This document shows, piece by piece, positions 1 through 9,785 of a stretch of DNA of 64,000 nucleotides. The first letter of the stretch is position 1. The number at the start of each line of letters is the position of its first letter. The translations under genes and the position numbers were made by a program. The notes under the pieces are model-generated. The model searched no databases. It was not told the origin of the DNA and worked only from the letters and a program-made list of their open reading frames with translations. This stretch comes from a virus, in the IMG/VR virus record IMGVR_UViG_3300044644_002048, positions 5,747 through 69,746 of that record; one strand, 5' to 3'.

Positions 1-479
1 TACGATTTCCTCTTAGCTAAATTTTCCATGACATCTGCCATTTTACTAACGCTGTAAATTTTGTCTTTACTTTGGGCCATAATCGAGGTAAAATATATTC
101 TGGCTCTCTCTACCTTTGTGCCAAAAGTATCCTGCTCTATAGCAGCCTGTCTTCTTACCTCATATTTCATCCAGTTATCAAACTGTTTCCAAGATTTTGC
201 CACCATTCTGTTTATGATCTCTTCACACCACAAGATCTTAGGAAATATTTTATCACAACTTTTTCTTAAGAATAAACAGTAAGAATGCAATTTAAAAGCA
301 TAAGCACTAGCTTCTTCAGAAGTCAAACTGATAATATCCTCATGAGTTAAATCCAATATCGACTGCACTATTGGATCAAATTTACAATCAGGAATTAACG
401 CTTCTTCACAATATTTATCAACATATAAGCATAGTTCATCTAATCCCTTGATATCGTCGAATCTATTATCTGCTTCCAT
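1..479 (-). CDS. Hypothetical helical protein running off the window edge; possibly a UvsY-like recombination mediator
   Basis: Translated by hand (not in the ORF track): MEADNRFDDIKGLDELCLYVDKYCEE...VMENLAKRKS, open to position 1; two genes downstream of RecA. Confidence 0.6.
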   Translation of the reverse strand, partial: MEADNRFDDIKGLDELCLYVDKYCEEALIPDCKFDPIVQSILDLTHEDIISLTSEEASAYAFKLHSYCLFLRKSCDKIFPKILWCEEIINRMVAKSWKQFDNWMKYEVRRQAAIEQDTFGTKVERARIYFTSIMAQSKDKIYSVSKMADVMENLAKRKS

Positions 480-862
480 TTATCTTCCTCGTTATATGGT
501 AGTACTGCAAAAGATATATTGTTGATTCTTGCCCACTCAGCTTTATCTTTATCTGCTCGTAACGCAGAATAAAAGTCAGCCTTAGTTTTATGAAAGAAAG
601 ATACAAATTCGTAATGCTGTCTACCATGGACCTCGACTATCAGAGGTATTCCCGGTATAAAAATATCAGCATACAGACAATTAGATTTAAATCTTTTTGA
701 TCCGGGGAGAGTTATTTCCTCGTATATAGGGAAACCCGGAAAGACTTCATATAAAAGAGAAAGTGCAGCCTGATGGGGTGCTGACTTATTCCTATCGGAT
801 CTCTTTTTGAATTTGGCAAGATTTAATTTGTGCTCTCTCCCATCAAATCCAGTCACTATCAA
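440..862 (-). CDS. PD-(D/E)XK / DUF559-Vsr-like endonuclease
   Basis: Motifs YEEITLP, YADIFIP, IVEVHGRQHY, DKDKAEWARIN. Confidence 0.75.
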   Translation of the reverse strand: MIVTGFDGREHKLNLAKFKKRSDRNKSAPHQAALSLLYEVFPGFPIYEEITLPGSKRFKSNCLYADIFIPGIPLIVEVHGRQHYEFVSFFHKTKADFYSALRADKDKAEWARINNISFAVLPYNEEDKWKQIIDSTISRD

Positions 863-1872
863 GCTAACACCGATTTAATTTCTTGTTCGAGTTTTGAGAA
901 ATATTCAGGATTACTTGCAAATGCCTCATATAGATTTGCCGCACCTTGAAACTTCTGATCACCAGTTATAGATGGACATGAAAACCATGCCCCAGCCTTA
1001 TCTATAACGCCAAAAGCTTCTCCCAATTCCATTAACTCTTTTATTGAGTCAATACCTCTACCAAATCGCACATAAGAAGTTATAACACTCCCAGCAGATC
1101 CATTACCCGAACAGTCAATCTCTGCTGAGATTTTTATACCAACCTTATTTTCGCCTTCCATCCAATCTTCAGTCTTAACTATATCGATACGGTTAGAAGC
1201 CTGATATTGAATAAAAGTTCCACTATCGGCAACATTCTTCTTCCCATAGCCACTAGTATTTGTAATATAGTGGGTGATCAATATGAGGGAAATTTTATTT
1301 GCCGAAACCTTCTGTAGAATCTTTTTGCCCCAATGAGTAATTGTCTTTGGGAGATTAGCACGAAGAGTTCCTGAAATTTCTGCGTCCATTTCACTTCTCG
1401 GTAAAAGAGAAGATATGGAGTCGAGAACTATGACCGCCCCTTTGTTCGCTGGGTCTTTGATAATCGATTCTATGATAGTAAACACATCTTCTGCCGCTAG
1501 AGCTTCCTGATCTTCGTCTGGCCCTATAACACTCAACAGGTCTTGATCTAAACCATTAATACCTGAGAGGTTGTAATTTCTTAGGCGGCATTCTGTGTCA
1601 ACATAAAATCCTTTTTTCCCAATCTTTTGAGCATTCGCCAAAATTTGAAGGCAAATCGTGCTTTTCCCAGATTTTGGCAAGCCAGAAAGAACAGTCCAAG
1701 TACCTTCTAGAATTCCACCACCAAGACCATTATCAAAAGAAATACTTACAGGAATAGACTTAAGGTTATTATTCCTACTGAATATTTCGGCTCCTGTCCT
1801 AATGACATTCCCATACTTCTTTATAATCACAGCCATATTTGATGATGTAACTTCTTCTTTCTTCTTAGCCAC
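859..1872 (-). CDS. recA: RecA/UvsX-like recombinase
   Basis: LGGGI, Walker A GLPKSGKST, YVDTE, Walker B IVLDSISSL, C-terminal GVIDKAGAWF. Confidence 0.95.
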   Translation of the reverse strand: MAKKKEEVTSSNMAVIIKKYGNVIRTGAEIFSRNNNLKSIPVSISFDNGLGGGILEGTWTVLSGLPKSGKSTICLQILANAQKIGKKGFYVDTECRLRNYNLSGINGLDQDLLSVIGPDEDQEALAAEDVFTIIESIIKDPANKGAVIVLDSISSLLPRSEMDAEISGTLRANLPKTITHWGKKILQKVSANKISLILITHYITNTSGYGKKNVADSGTFIQYQASNRIDIVKTEDWMEGENKVGIKISAEIDCSGNGSAGSVITSYVRFGRGIDSIKELMELGEAFGVIDKAGAWFSCPSITGDQKFQGAANLYEAFASNPEYFSKLEQEIKSVLA

Positions 1873-2279
1873 TATAGATCCCCCAGTTTATTTTTCTTTC
1901 CGAACGCTTCTCTTGGTTTATTAAATTCAACCTTGCTTTTTTCTATAACTTTTTCTTTATCGGTTTTCGCTAGATGAATCCTTTCGACTATTTTAATATA
2001 GGCCGGATTTGTTACCGATAAAGCTTTACTTTCCTTGAATGCTGATATCAGCGTTGATATTGAATATGTCTTTAAGAGCTTATTGATATTTATCAATTGT
2101 CCGACATATTGTCCCTTGAATTTTTTATTCAACCACAATTCTTGAGGAACGGCATTTTTATCATACTCACCGCGTCTCTGAAAAATTAATTCACAAAGAT
2201 AGTTCGGTGCAGTTATATATCCCTCTTTGTATAAAGACTTAAACGGTCTAGCTTCGCTCTGGTCGTATCTTTTGGACAT
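1872..2279 (-). CDS. Hypothetical protein
   Basis: Tightly packed ORF; start adjusted to MSKRY. Confidence 0.6.
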   Translation of the reverse strand: MSKRYDQSEARPFKSLYKEGYITAPNYLCELIFQRRGEYDKNAVPQELWLNKKFKGQYVGQLININKLLKTYSISTLISAFKESKALSVTNPAYIKIVERIHLAKTDKEKVIEKSKVEFNKPREAFGKKNKLGDL

Positions 2280-2625
2280 GTTTTTGTAGCCTTGGTGACA
2301 TTTTTTGTCTCGTAGCATCCCCTAACTCAGATGCTGACTCAGTCATTACAACAACACCCTTACGTTTATTTTTCACCATAAGGTCATCAACTCTTGGCAC
2401 TGTTGCTTCTTGAACTTTTACAAGTCTTTCTAGTTCGATCTTTTTCTTCTCAGCTTCTTCCTCGGCCTTTTTTCTTCTTTCCAAAAGTTTTAAGTATCTA
2501 TTTACATACACAACTTTAACGTCTAAAGTTCTTGCAATTTCTTTTGCGGTTTTATGTGTATGACCCTCTATGTAAAATTTCTCTACAATACTTAGTGGTT
2601 TTGGTGGAATTGCTTTTGCCATCAT
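2248..2625 (-). CDS. Hypothetical protein with a possible N-terminal HTH
   Basis: KTAKEIARTLDVKVVYVNRYL followed by a coiled coil. Confidence 0.6.
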   Translation of the reverse strand: MMAKAIPPKPLSIVEKFYIEGHTHKTAKEIARTLDVKVVYVNRYLKLLERRKKAEEEAEKKKIELERLVKVQEATVPRVDDLMVKNKRKGVVVMTESASELGDATRQKMSPRLQKHVQKIRPERS

Positions 2626-2945
2626 CCTTCCTCTATATATTTAATCTTTTGCTTAAGTGTCATCTTATTGATTTCGTCAATTTCTCTTTTCTTTTTCTTC
2701 TTAGCTGTCTTTCCAGACTTATCATCCTCTTCCTGAATTTTTGCTCCCATTTTCTTGGTATTTCTTTCTGCGAGTTGTCCTAGAGTTGTTGCCTCTCTAG
2801 CCACGAACCCTATACAAGCAGAAATTAATCTCTCTAGCTTGTTTTTACCACAATCATCACATTTCTTTTTAGGAGCATCTTTTATATTCTGGAAAATTTC
2901 GCTCTCTTTTCCGCATGATCCACACTTATACTCATATATTGGCAT
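2622..2945 (-). CDS. FmdB-family zinc-ribbon protein
   Basis: MPIYEYKCGSCG...KKCDDCGKNKLERLIS signature. Confidence 0.85.
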   Translation of the reverse strand: MPIYEYKCGSCGKESEIFQNIKDAPKKKCDDCGKNKLERLISACIGFVAREATTLGQLAERNTKKMGAKIQEEDDKSGKTAKKKKKREIDEINKMTLKQKIKYIEEG

Positions 2946-2946
2946 A

Positions 2947-3147
2947 TTAAACTCTGTGTTTATCTTTTTCCACTAAATCATATTCCATTATATAGCAATC
3001 TTCTGATTTAATGTCTTTGTGTTTATTCTTTCTAAGAAACTGAATCAATGCAATCTTTGCATTTTTTAAGGACGTATATAATCCAAGCTTATTTGTCCTA
3101 TGGATTATCAAGGTTCCGTCCGTCTTGAAAAGTTTGAAAATTCTCAT
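2947..3147 (-). CDS. Hypothetical protein
   Basis: Fills the gap within the operon. Confidence 0.5.
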   Translation of the reverse strand: MRIFKLFKTDGTLIIHRTNKLGLYTSLKNAKIALIQFLRKNKHKDIKSEDCYIMEYDLVEKDKHRV

Positions 3148-3781
3148 TGTTTAGCCTTTTCATTATTGGGCCTATGATGGCGTTTCTTACGATGTCACCT
3201 GATGTAAATTTAATAGTGCCGACATCGAACATACCTTCAAGTGCTTTATAACAGAAACTTAGCCCATCTCTCTCTGCGAATTTTAGGTCTGTTTGGTCTG
3301 GATCACCATTAATAACCATTTTACATTTTCGACCTATACGAGATATCACTAGTCTGATTTGTTCTATAGTACAGTTTTGTGCTTCATCCAAAATAAAGAA
3401 GCAGTTGTGCATATTTCTGCCTCTAAGAAATTCTGGAGGACATATCTCTATAATACCCTCAAGTATCATTCTATCAACGGTAGTTTTACCCAACCATTTA
3501 TTAAATTCATCAAGCAAAGGCATCATATATGGAGTGCATTTCTCCAACATACTTCCCTTTAAAAATCCAATACCATTTCCTGATTCAACTATTGGCCTAC
3601 TTATTACTATCTTAGTTATTTCATTAGCAAGGATCTTTTCACAAGCTAAGGCTGCAGGTATTGCTGTTTTAGAAGTCCCAGCTGGACCTATAGCTATCGT
3701 GATTTGATTTTCAGCTATCAGACGAATATACTCTTCTTGTTTTTTGTTCCAAGGAGTAAATTTCTTTTGATCTTTTGCCAT
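3098..3781 (-). CDS. phoH: PhoH-family ATPase
   Basis: GPAGTSKT, ISRP, FLRGR, ILDEAQN, GDPDQTD, DIVRN. Confidence 0.95.
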   Translation of the reverse strand: MAKDQKKFTPWNKKQEEYIRLIAENQITIAIGPAGTSKTAIPAALACEKILANEITKIVISRPIVESGNGIGFLKGSMLEKCTPYMMPLLDEFNKWLGKTTVDRMILEGIIEICPPEFLRGRNMHNCFFILDEAQNCTIEQIRLVISRIGRKCKMVINGDPDQTDLKFAERDGLSFCYKALEGMFDVGTIKFTSGDIVRNAIIGPIMKRLNNENFQTFQDGRNLDNP

Positions 3782-3783
3782 TT

Positions 3784-5421
3784 TTATCCTTCACAAGATT
3801 TGCATTCTAAAATGCTACGAGTTAGCTCTTGACTTGGGTTATAGCCGCGTTGATAATAAAAACCTTTAATACCATTCTCCCAACCATATATTAGTAGTTG
3901 ACTAACATCTTTCGGTGGAGTTTTTGGAGAAATCATGAGATTCAGACTTTGACCCTGATCAATGTATTTTTGCCTTTGTATAGCTTGTATTACTATCTCT
4001 TTCTGGGAAATTTCCCCAAAAGTCTTAAATACTTCTTTATCATGGTCAGATAAAAAGGAAAGATGCTGTACTGAGCCGCCATGTTCCAATATAGAGGCCC
4101 ACGTTTGTGGGGTATCCTCATTCAGTTCTTTAAGTTTTATCTTTAGGTATGGATTTTTGTAGGTATGATTACCCTTTGATAATCTCTTAACGAAGTAATT
4201 ACTATTCAGAGCCTCAATACCTTGGGAAATTTGTCCCAAAATAGCTGAGTTTGACGTAGTTGGAGCAACAGCCATTCTGGTTGCCATTCTCTGGCCTGTA
4301 CCAACCATCAATTCTGGTTCACCAAATTTTTCGGCCAATTCAATACTTGCTAATAGAGTCTGCTCATTGATGTATTTAAATATTTCAGTATTCAGGAATT
4401 TGGCCTGCATACTTTCAAAAGCTATATTTTTAGACTGCAAATATGAATGCCACCCTAAAACTCCCAAACCTATTGCTCTTTGGCGTTTCGCAAAATTATG
4501 GGCGGATTTTAAGAACTTAATCGATTCTGTTTTTTCTACATATTCAGTAGTAACAGTATCGAGAAAATATGTTAGTACTTTAATTAGATCTGTGTTTTTC
4601 CATTCATCATAATGTAGTAAGTTTGCAGAAGATAGTACGCATACGTAAGATTCGTCTTCTTCCAAAGACAGCATTATTTCATTGCAAAGATTACTAGAAT
4701 AAATTTTCTTATTATGTTTCTTGTAAACTTCTGGTGCATTATTATTTGCATTATCAGTAAAAACAAGATAAGGATATCCAGACTCAAATCTCTTCTTTAT
4801 GATCTGACTCCAAATTTTTAGCTTATCTTTGTCTTTATTTTTTAGATCATTCATCCATTTGTCTGATATGCAGACTCCTATAGATAAATCCTGTATTGGA
4901 TTCCCGATACTTTTGATTCTTAGAAATTCGAGAATGTCCGGATGATCAACAGGCAAATAAGCCGCCATAGACCCTCTACGAATCGATGACTGAGATATGA
5001 CCGAGGTAATCTTGTCAAACAATTCCATGAAGTGTACGGGGCCACTAGACTCGCCACCAGTCGAAATTTTGGCCCCTCTAGGTCTCAACTCACCAAAATA
5101 AGCTGAAGTGCCAGCACCATATTTCGTCATTGACGCAATTTCTGCCATCTTAGACAAAATACTATCCATATTGTCTTTTATTAGGCTTGAATTACAAGAC
5201 GCAGGAAGTCCCCTGTTTGTTCCATAATTTGCCCATACTGGACTAGATAAGCCTATCCATCCCTTAAGGATATAATCTTCTATTTTATCAGCATATCCTT
5301 CTATACCCAAATGTTTTTCAGCAGTTTCAGCTATCTGCCTAATTCTTTCTTCTACTGTTTGTCCTTCTGCTAGATAACCTTTAGATAGGAAACTTCTGGA
5401 TTTTTCATTTAGCCATGTCAT
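3784..5421 (-). CDS. nrdA: Ribonucleotide reductase class Ia alpha subunit (short form, no ATP cone)
   Basis: SSPVWAN, SNLCNEI, YVCVLSS, RAIGLG, APTTS, IDQGQSLN, YYQR, C-terminal CKSCEG. Confidence 0.95.
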   Translation of the reverse strand: MTWLNEKSRSFLSKGYLAEGQTVEERIRQIAETAEKHLGIEGYADKIEDYILKGWIGLSSPVWANYGTNRGLPASCNSSLIKDNMDSILSKMAEIASMTKYGAGTSAYFGELRPRGAKISTGGESSGPVHFMELFDKITSVISQSSIRRGSMAAYLPVDHPDILEFLRIKSIGNPIQDLSIGVCISDKWMNDLKNKDKDKLKIWSQIIKKRFESGYPYLVFTDNANNNAPEVYKKHNKKIYSSNLCNEIMLSLEEDESYVCVLSSANLLHYDEWKNTDLIKVLTYFLDTVTTEYVEKTESIKFLKSAHNFAKRQRAIGLGVLGWHSYLQSKNIAFESMQAKFLNTEIFKYINEQTLLASIELAEKFGEPELMVGTGQRMATRMAVAPTTSNSAILGQISQGIEALNSNYFVKRLSKGNHTYKNPYLKIKLKELNEDTPQTWASILEHGGSVQHLSFLSDHDKEVFKTFGEISQKEIVIQAIQRQKYIDQGQSLNLMISPKTPPKDVSQLLIYGWENGIKGFYYQRGYNPSQELTRSILECKSCEG

Positions 5422-6389
5422 ATTAAGTCATTCTCGTCTACGAATAAATTGCGTTGATAATCTGTTGGTCGTTGATGGAAAAAGTCTGTTGAATTATTGG
5501 CCAATATTTCTTCATTCATCCATTCAAAGTCTCTTTCAACTTCTTCTTTTACTACGAATAATTGATTATAGCCAATATCACGAAGCGAATTGTTGATTCT
5601 TGACTGAATAAAACCCTTGATAATATCAGAAGAAATCCTAGTACCCACATAACCGGAAAGCATCCAATCCACTATTTTACACTCAGCCTTATAAGCTTCT
5701 TGAGCTTCGTGTAAAATTTTATCTTCAAGGTCTTTGTCAAATAATTCTGGATATTCTTTCTTTATGGTATTAATTAATTTGATACCAACTTTACTATGTA
5801 ATAATTCTTCATTCTTTGTATATGTGATTTGTTGTGTTGTATCTTTTAATACGTTTTTATATCTACCAAACCACAACATAATGTAGAATTGGGAAAATAA
5901 TGATACGTTTTCAACAAAGAGAGTGAACAATATAAGTGCATAAATATACTGTTTCTTGCTGTCTTTGTAGAATTTATGATTGTATTTCTTTAGGTAGTTT
6001 ACCCTGCCCTTGATACAATCAAGCTGCAAATTCTCAAGGAAGATATCTTCAATTCCGAGAACTTCTAATAATCGCAGATATGCGTTTGAGTGGATTACTT
6101 CTGAGGCACCAAGCACAACACCCAAGTCAGATAGACTCGGGTGTGGTAGATTATCTCCAAGTTTCGTCCAGAAGGTTTTTACAGCTACTTCAATTTGAGC
6201 AATAGCAGACAATGTGCGTACTACTATCTCTCTTTCTTCTTCGTTCAGTACAACCTTAAAATCCTGAATATCACTACTAAAACTAAATTCTTCGTCAGTC
6301 CAGAATCCAGCATGCATCGCTCTAATAAAATCTTTTGCCCATGGGTAATTGTCTGGTTTTCTTGAAATCTGCTCGTCAAAAATACCCAT
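5418..6389 (-). CDS. nrdB: Ribonucleotide reductase class Ia beta subunit
   Basis: FWTDEE, EVIHSNAY, VENVSLFSQF, EELLH, DFFHQRPTDY. Confidence 0.95.
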   Translation of the reverse strand: MGIFDEQISRKPDNYPWAKDFIRAMHAGFWTDEEFSFSSDIQDFKVVLNEEEREIVVRTLSAIAQIEVAVKTFWTKLGDNLPHPSLSDLGVVLGASEVIHSNAYLRLLEVLGIEDIFLENLQLDCIKGRVNYLKKYNHKFYKDSKKQYIYALILFTLFVENVSLFSQFYIMLWFGRYKNVLKDTTQQITYTKNEELLHSKVGIKLINTIKKEYPELFDKDLEDKILHEAQEAYKAECKIVDWMLSGYVGTRISSDIIKGFIQSRINNSLRDIGYNQLFVVKEEVERDFEWMNEEILANNSTDFFHQRPTDYQRNLFVDENDLI

Positions 6390-6422
6390 ATACTTTTCCT
6401 TTTTTAAGTGCTGTGCTTATAT

Positions 6423-7163
6423 CTATACGCTGATAAGTGAGACTTGTCGTTTTAGTTCACTCACTATCTTTTGTCTATCGCAATCGTACCAACCAGCAGA
6501 TAATAGACTATTTATTTCGACAACTTTCAGCGAGCCATTTTTAAGCCTACATATGTCTAAAGTCCACATTGGAGCAGGCTCTTGTAGGTCGGCGAGAACG
6601 GTTTCTGCGAATTTTTCGATTTCGGGTGTAACCTCTTCTATAGTAGGAGGATAGGGTGATCCCGTCAAGATTACCATGTCAGAAATGACAAATCGCCACT
6701 CGGCCACAATTTCCTTCAGAGGAGCCATTAATATAAGTTCTTCCGGGAAGAGAATCGGAAGATCGTATTTTATATCCTCATATTTGCCACCACTCATTGA
6801 TTTATATCCATTATTATCTTTAATGAATATATTATCATACTTTATGCTCTGAATTAAAAGATGGAAAGTTCCAGCTTCACAAAACATATGAGGGTTATTG
6901 AGTGCATTTAGTCCAAGCTGAGGTAGATACTTATTGCAGTCATAGACCTTATCGTAGAGCCAAGTTATTGCTCTCGGCATCGTTTTAGTGATTCTTCTCC
7001 CAATAGGAATTGAACCACGAAATAAAAATGGACCGGATACTTCTTGTGAAAATATCGGCCCATCTATTGACGATTCGCATGTTATTATGTCAAATTCAGA
7101 ATGTAGTACATCATAATCTTCAGGAAAAACTTCTGTCTGATATACTAGCTTATAATCTTTCAT
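6423..7163 (-). CDS. ATP-grasp domain protein (DUF4343-like)
   Basis: FIKDNNGYKSMSG, EWRFVI, WTLDIC, KVVEINSLLSAGWY; start adjusted to MKDYK. Confidence 0.75.
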   Translation of the reverse strand: MKDYKLVYQTEVFPEDYDVLHSEFDIITCESSIDGPIFSQEVSGPFLFRGSIPIGRRITKTMPRAITWLYDKVYDCNKYLPQLGLNALNNPHMFCEAGTFHLLIQSIKYDNIFIKDNNGYKSMSGGKYEDIKYDLPILFPEELILMAPLKEIVAEWRFVISDMVILTGSPYPPTIEEVTPEIEKFAETVLADLQEPAPMWTLDICRLKNGSLKVVEINSLLSAGWYDCDRQKIVSELKRQVSLISV

Positions 7164-7326
7164 TATATCTTTCCCAATAGACCCCAACCCAACATTCAGA
7201 ATAATCAGGCAAACAATCTTCTTCAAAAGAAAATCTATTGAAGCAAACTGGACATTCGCCAGCTTCCCATTCTTCGTATTCAAATTCATGCCCACATGAT
7301 GGACAATCTAAGTCTGTTTTGCTCAT
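7150..7326 (-). CDS. Small zinc-ribbon protein (58 aa)
   Basis: Translated by hand: MSKTDLDCPSCGHEFEYEEWEAGECPVCF. Confidence 0.6.
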   Translation of the reverse strand: MSKTDLDCPSCGHEFEYEEWEAGECPVCFNRFSFEEDCLPDYSECWVGVYWERYNERL

Positions 7327-7328
7327 AT

Positions 7329-7616
7329 TTAACCTGAAGCCATTATAGATTTGTTCTGTTCTACGTGAGAAGTACGCTCTCTTTTTATTTTAATTTCTAA
7401 CTTTATTAATTCTTCGAGCCATTCAATATTAGGATCTAATGATGCTCTTTTATATCTATTTATGGCTTCATATAAATCGTCTCTTCGTTTTTCAAGCCAC
7501 ACAATTTTGGGGTCTATTCCAATTGGAGGTTTGTCGATAGTTACATTAAGATATGGTGCGAATGGATGTTTAAGACCATCATATAGAGACCATTGAGGCC
7601 AATCACCAGTAGGCAT
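7329..7616 (-). CDS. Hypothetical protein
   Basis: ORF within the operon. Confidence 0.6.
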   Translation of the reverse strand: MPTGDWPQWSLYDGLKHPFAPYLNVTIDKPPIGIDPKIVWLEKRRDDLYEAINRYKRASLDPNIEWLEELIKLEIKIKRERTSHVEQNKSIMASG

Positions 7617-7627
7617 TATATTCTCCT

Positions 7628-8383
7628 TTATTGTTTTGATCCTATCAATGTATAAATTTCTCTACTTGTTGGTATTGTATGCATACCACCCGGACCGAAA
7701 TGAGGCTCGGCTTGCTCCCATATTCCTTTTTCTGGATATATCATCATTTGAGCCGCTAGTAAATCATGCATGGCTTTGTCATTAGATAAGTCATCATAAT
7801 ATTTTTTTATAGCGACTGGAAAAGCATTTCTTATTTTTGGATCTACATTTGATTTTTTGTATCCATGACACACATTCTTACCTACGTAGTATCTCTTATT
7901 TATTTCTGCCTTATCTCTTAGTAGGATAAAGTCTCTTCTCGCCCCATTTGGATTAAACGAAGGCACCGATGTTTTACCAACAAATTTTTCTAATGGTCTT
8001 ATGCTGTTCGCAGAATAGCCTCCTTGAAATACCATCTTGTTGCATTTTATCCAAAGTCCCTTTGGGGGTCCAATTACTAGTGCTGTAGAACATTCAATAG
8101 CTTCATAAGGCGATAGTTCTATGGATGAATCCGAACCAAGAGACAAGATTTCATTTATGGCTTTGGAGCCCTGATATTGCTTTAGCGGCTTATGAGAAGC
8201 GTATATTGTTGGTCGATTTAATCCAAATTGTCTATAGATAGAATCTACTATTAGTGCCTGTTCGGAGAATCCGGGATTAATAAAAACAATAGATGGAACA
8301 TAATCCCCTCTCGAAATCAAATATGACAGAGCGATTATATCATCAGGATCATGACCAATATCAGTGTGAAGTAGAAATGTCAT
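7628..8383 (-). CDS. Nucleoside hydrolase-like protein
   Basis: HTDIGHDPDDIIAL, FQGG, SFNP, AMHDLLAA. Confidence 0.7.
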   Translation of the reverse strand: MTFLLHTDIGHDPDDIIALSYLISRGDYVPSIVFINPGFSEQALIVDSIYRQFGLNRPTIYASHKPLKQYQGSKAINEILSLGSDSSIELSPYEAIECSTALVIGPPKGLWIKCNKMVFQGGYSANSIRPLEKFVGKTSVPSFNPNGARRDFILLRDKAEINKRYYVGKNVCHGYKKSNVDPKIRNAFPVAIKKYYDDLSNDKAMHDLLAAQMMIYPEKGIWEQAEPHFGPGGMHTIPTSREIYTLIGSKQ

Positions 8384-8840
8384 AATCTATTTCCCTATAT
8401 CCAAGTCCAACTTCTTCAATTATCGATCTTGAGAATTCAATATCATCTTTCCATCTGTCTGGAATACAAGTATTTTTTATACTAACTATTTCTGATATAC
8501 CAGCCTGTATCAAAGATACAAGGCATCTAGAGCACGGTGGTCCCGACCATAGTACCCCATTTGATTCAGCCGCTAAGTACATAGTACATCCTTGTACACG
8601 TATTCCCAGATTGGCTGCAGCCAATATGGCGTTCATTTCAGCATGTACAACCAACTTAAGCTTGACTTCTCGATCAAGCAATCGCTCGTCGTCTTTAACG
8701 CCTCTAGGGAATCCATTGAATCCAGCAGACACTACCTGTCTATCAGGTGTAACAATAACCGCCCCAACTTTTGTGGAGGGGTCCTTGCTTAGTTTGGCGT
8801 GAAGCCGACACATATCGATAAAGTGCTTATCCCACTTCAT
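8361..8840 (-). CDS. dCMP deaminase
   Basis: SKDPSTKVGAVI, GFNGFPRG, HAEMNAI, PCSRC. Confidence 0.93.
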   Translation of the reverse strand: MKWDKHFIDMCRLHAKLSKDPSTKVGAVIVTPDRQVVSAGFNGFPRGVKDDERLLDREVKLKLVVHAEMNAILAAANLGIRVQGCTMYLAAESNGVLWSGPPCSRCLVSLIQAGISEIVSIKNTCIPDRWKDDIEFSRSIIEEVGLGYREIDYDISTSH

Positions 8841-8910
8841 TCAATCATTTCCAAAGACTTTACTGCGGCTTCATCTAGGTCGTCAGTTATATTTAAGACT
8901 TCTTCGTTTG

Positions 8911-9324
8911 TTAAGCCCATGTAATTGCACTCTCCCCAGTATCTAAGTTAAAAATCTCATAATAATTATTCGGTGCTATATCTGGCCAAGTTGTTTTTTT
9001 TATATATTCTTCGTAGTCATGTTCTTTTTTAGATTCAAGTTTGATATAAATATTGTATGTAACATGGAAAATTATAATACCATTTTCTAGCAAGAATTCA
9101 TTATCGTATTCTTCATAGAAGCATGATGGCATCCTAAAATTTTTATTTATGGTGCGACATATTGGATTTAATGAAGATAATTCTGCTCTTTGGAACCTTT
9201 CATGATATGGCTTTGCATTCCCAAGCAATGGTAGATCCATAGATCTATTAGTGCTTGCACACTTACATCCAGCTAATCCGGCTAAAGCTATACCAAAAAG
9301 CTTTCTTCTTGAAATTGTGTTCAT
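8911..9324 (-). CDS. Putative Tat-exported lipoprotein
   Basis: N-terminal SRRKLF twin-arginine motif, hydrophobic stretch, lipobox LAGC. Confidence 0.55.
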   Translation of the reverse strand: MNTISRRKLFGIALAGLAGCKCASTNRSMDLPLLGNAKPYHERFQRAELSSLNPICRTINKNFRMPSCFYEEYDNEFLLENGIIIFHVTYNIYIKLESKKEHDYEEYIKKTTWPDIAPNNYYEIFNLDTGESAITWA

Positions 9325-9339
9325 AATTAATTCATCTCC

Positions 9340-9573
9340 TTAGCACCTATAAATTTCGCCAGTATCTTTATCGATTCCCCCAATTTTGGGCGGATTATGA
9401 ATCTTGTTTAGTTTTGCCTGATGTTCTTCCGAGCCTTGTGACGGATCTATATCATGCATGAAAACAAGAGCTAGATGTCTTTTTATTAGATCTGTTTGTT
9501 TTTTTGAAAGTGTTTTTGGATCACTTAATTCAAATAAGCCTTGTAGCCAATAACAAAAGTCTTGAGTTTTCAT
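9340..9573 (-). CDS. Hypothetical phage protein
   Basis: FCYWLQGLFE-type small ORF. Confidence 0.65.
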   Translation of the reverse strand: MKTQDFCYWLQGLFELSDPKTLSKKQTDLIKRHLALVFMHDIDPSQGSEEHQAKLNKIHNPPKIGGIDKDTGEIYRC

Positions 9574-9785
9574 TTAATTGTTGCTTTCCCTTCCAATATT
9601 TCCACTACACCAACACCCTTAATCACTATATGCGGCTGAGTCTTTCTTATGTGAGTCCAAGTTTTTACATTACAAACAATACCTTCTACGGAGTGGCAAG
9701 CCCCTCCGAAGTGAATCGTCATCATTGGCTTCCCTAGCTTTCTTGAAAGCGGTTTGTTGTAATGAAACCAGAAGACCCTTTTCAT
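9570..9785 (-). CDS. Hypothetical phage protein
   Basis: FWFHYNKP...QPHIVIKG; start and stop overlap its neighbours. Confidence 0.6.
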   Translation of the reverse strand: MKRVFWFHYNKPLSRKLGKPMMTIHFGGACHSVEGIVCNVKTWTHIRKTQPHIVIKGVGVVEILEGKATIK

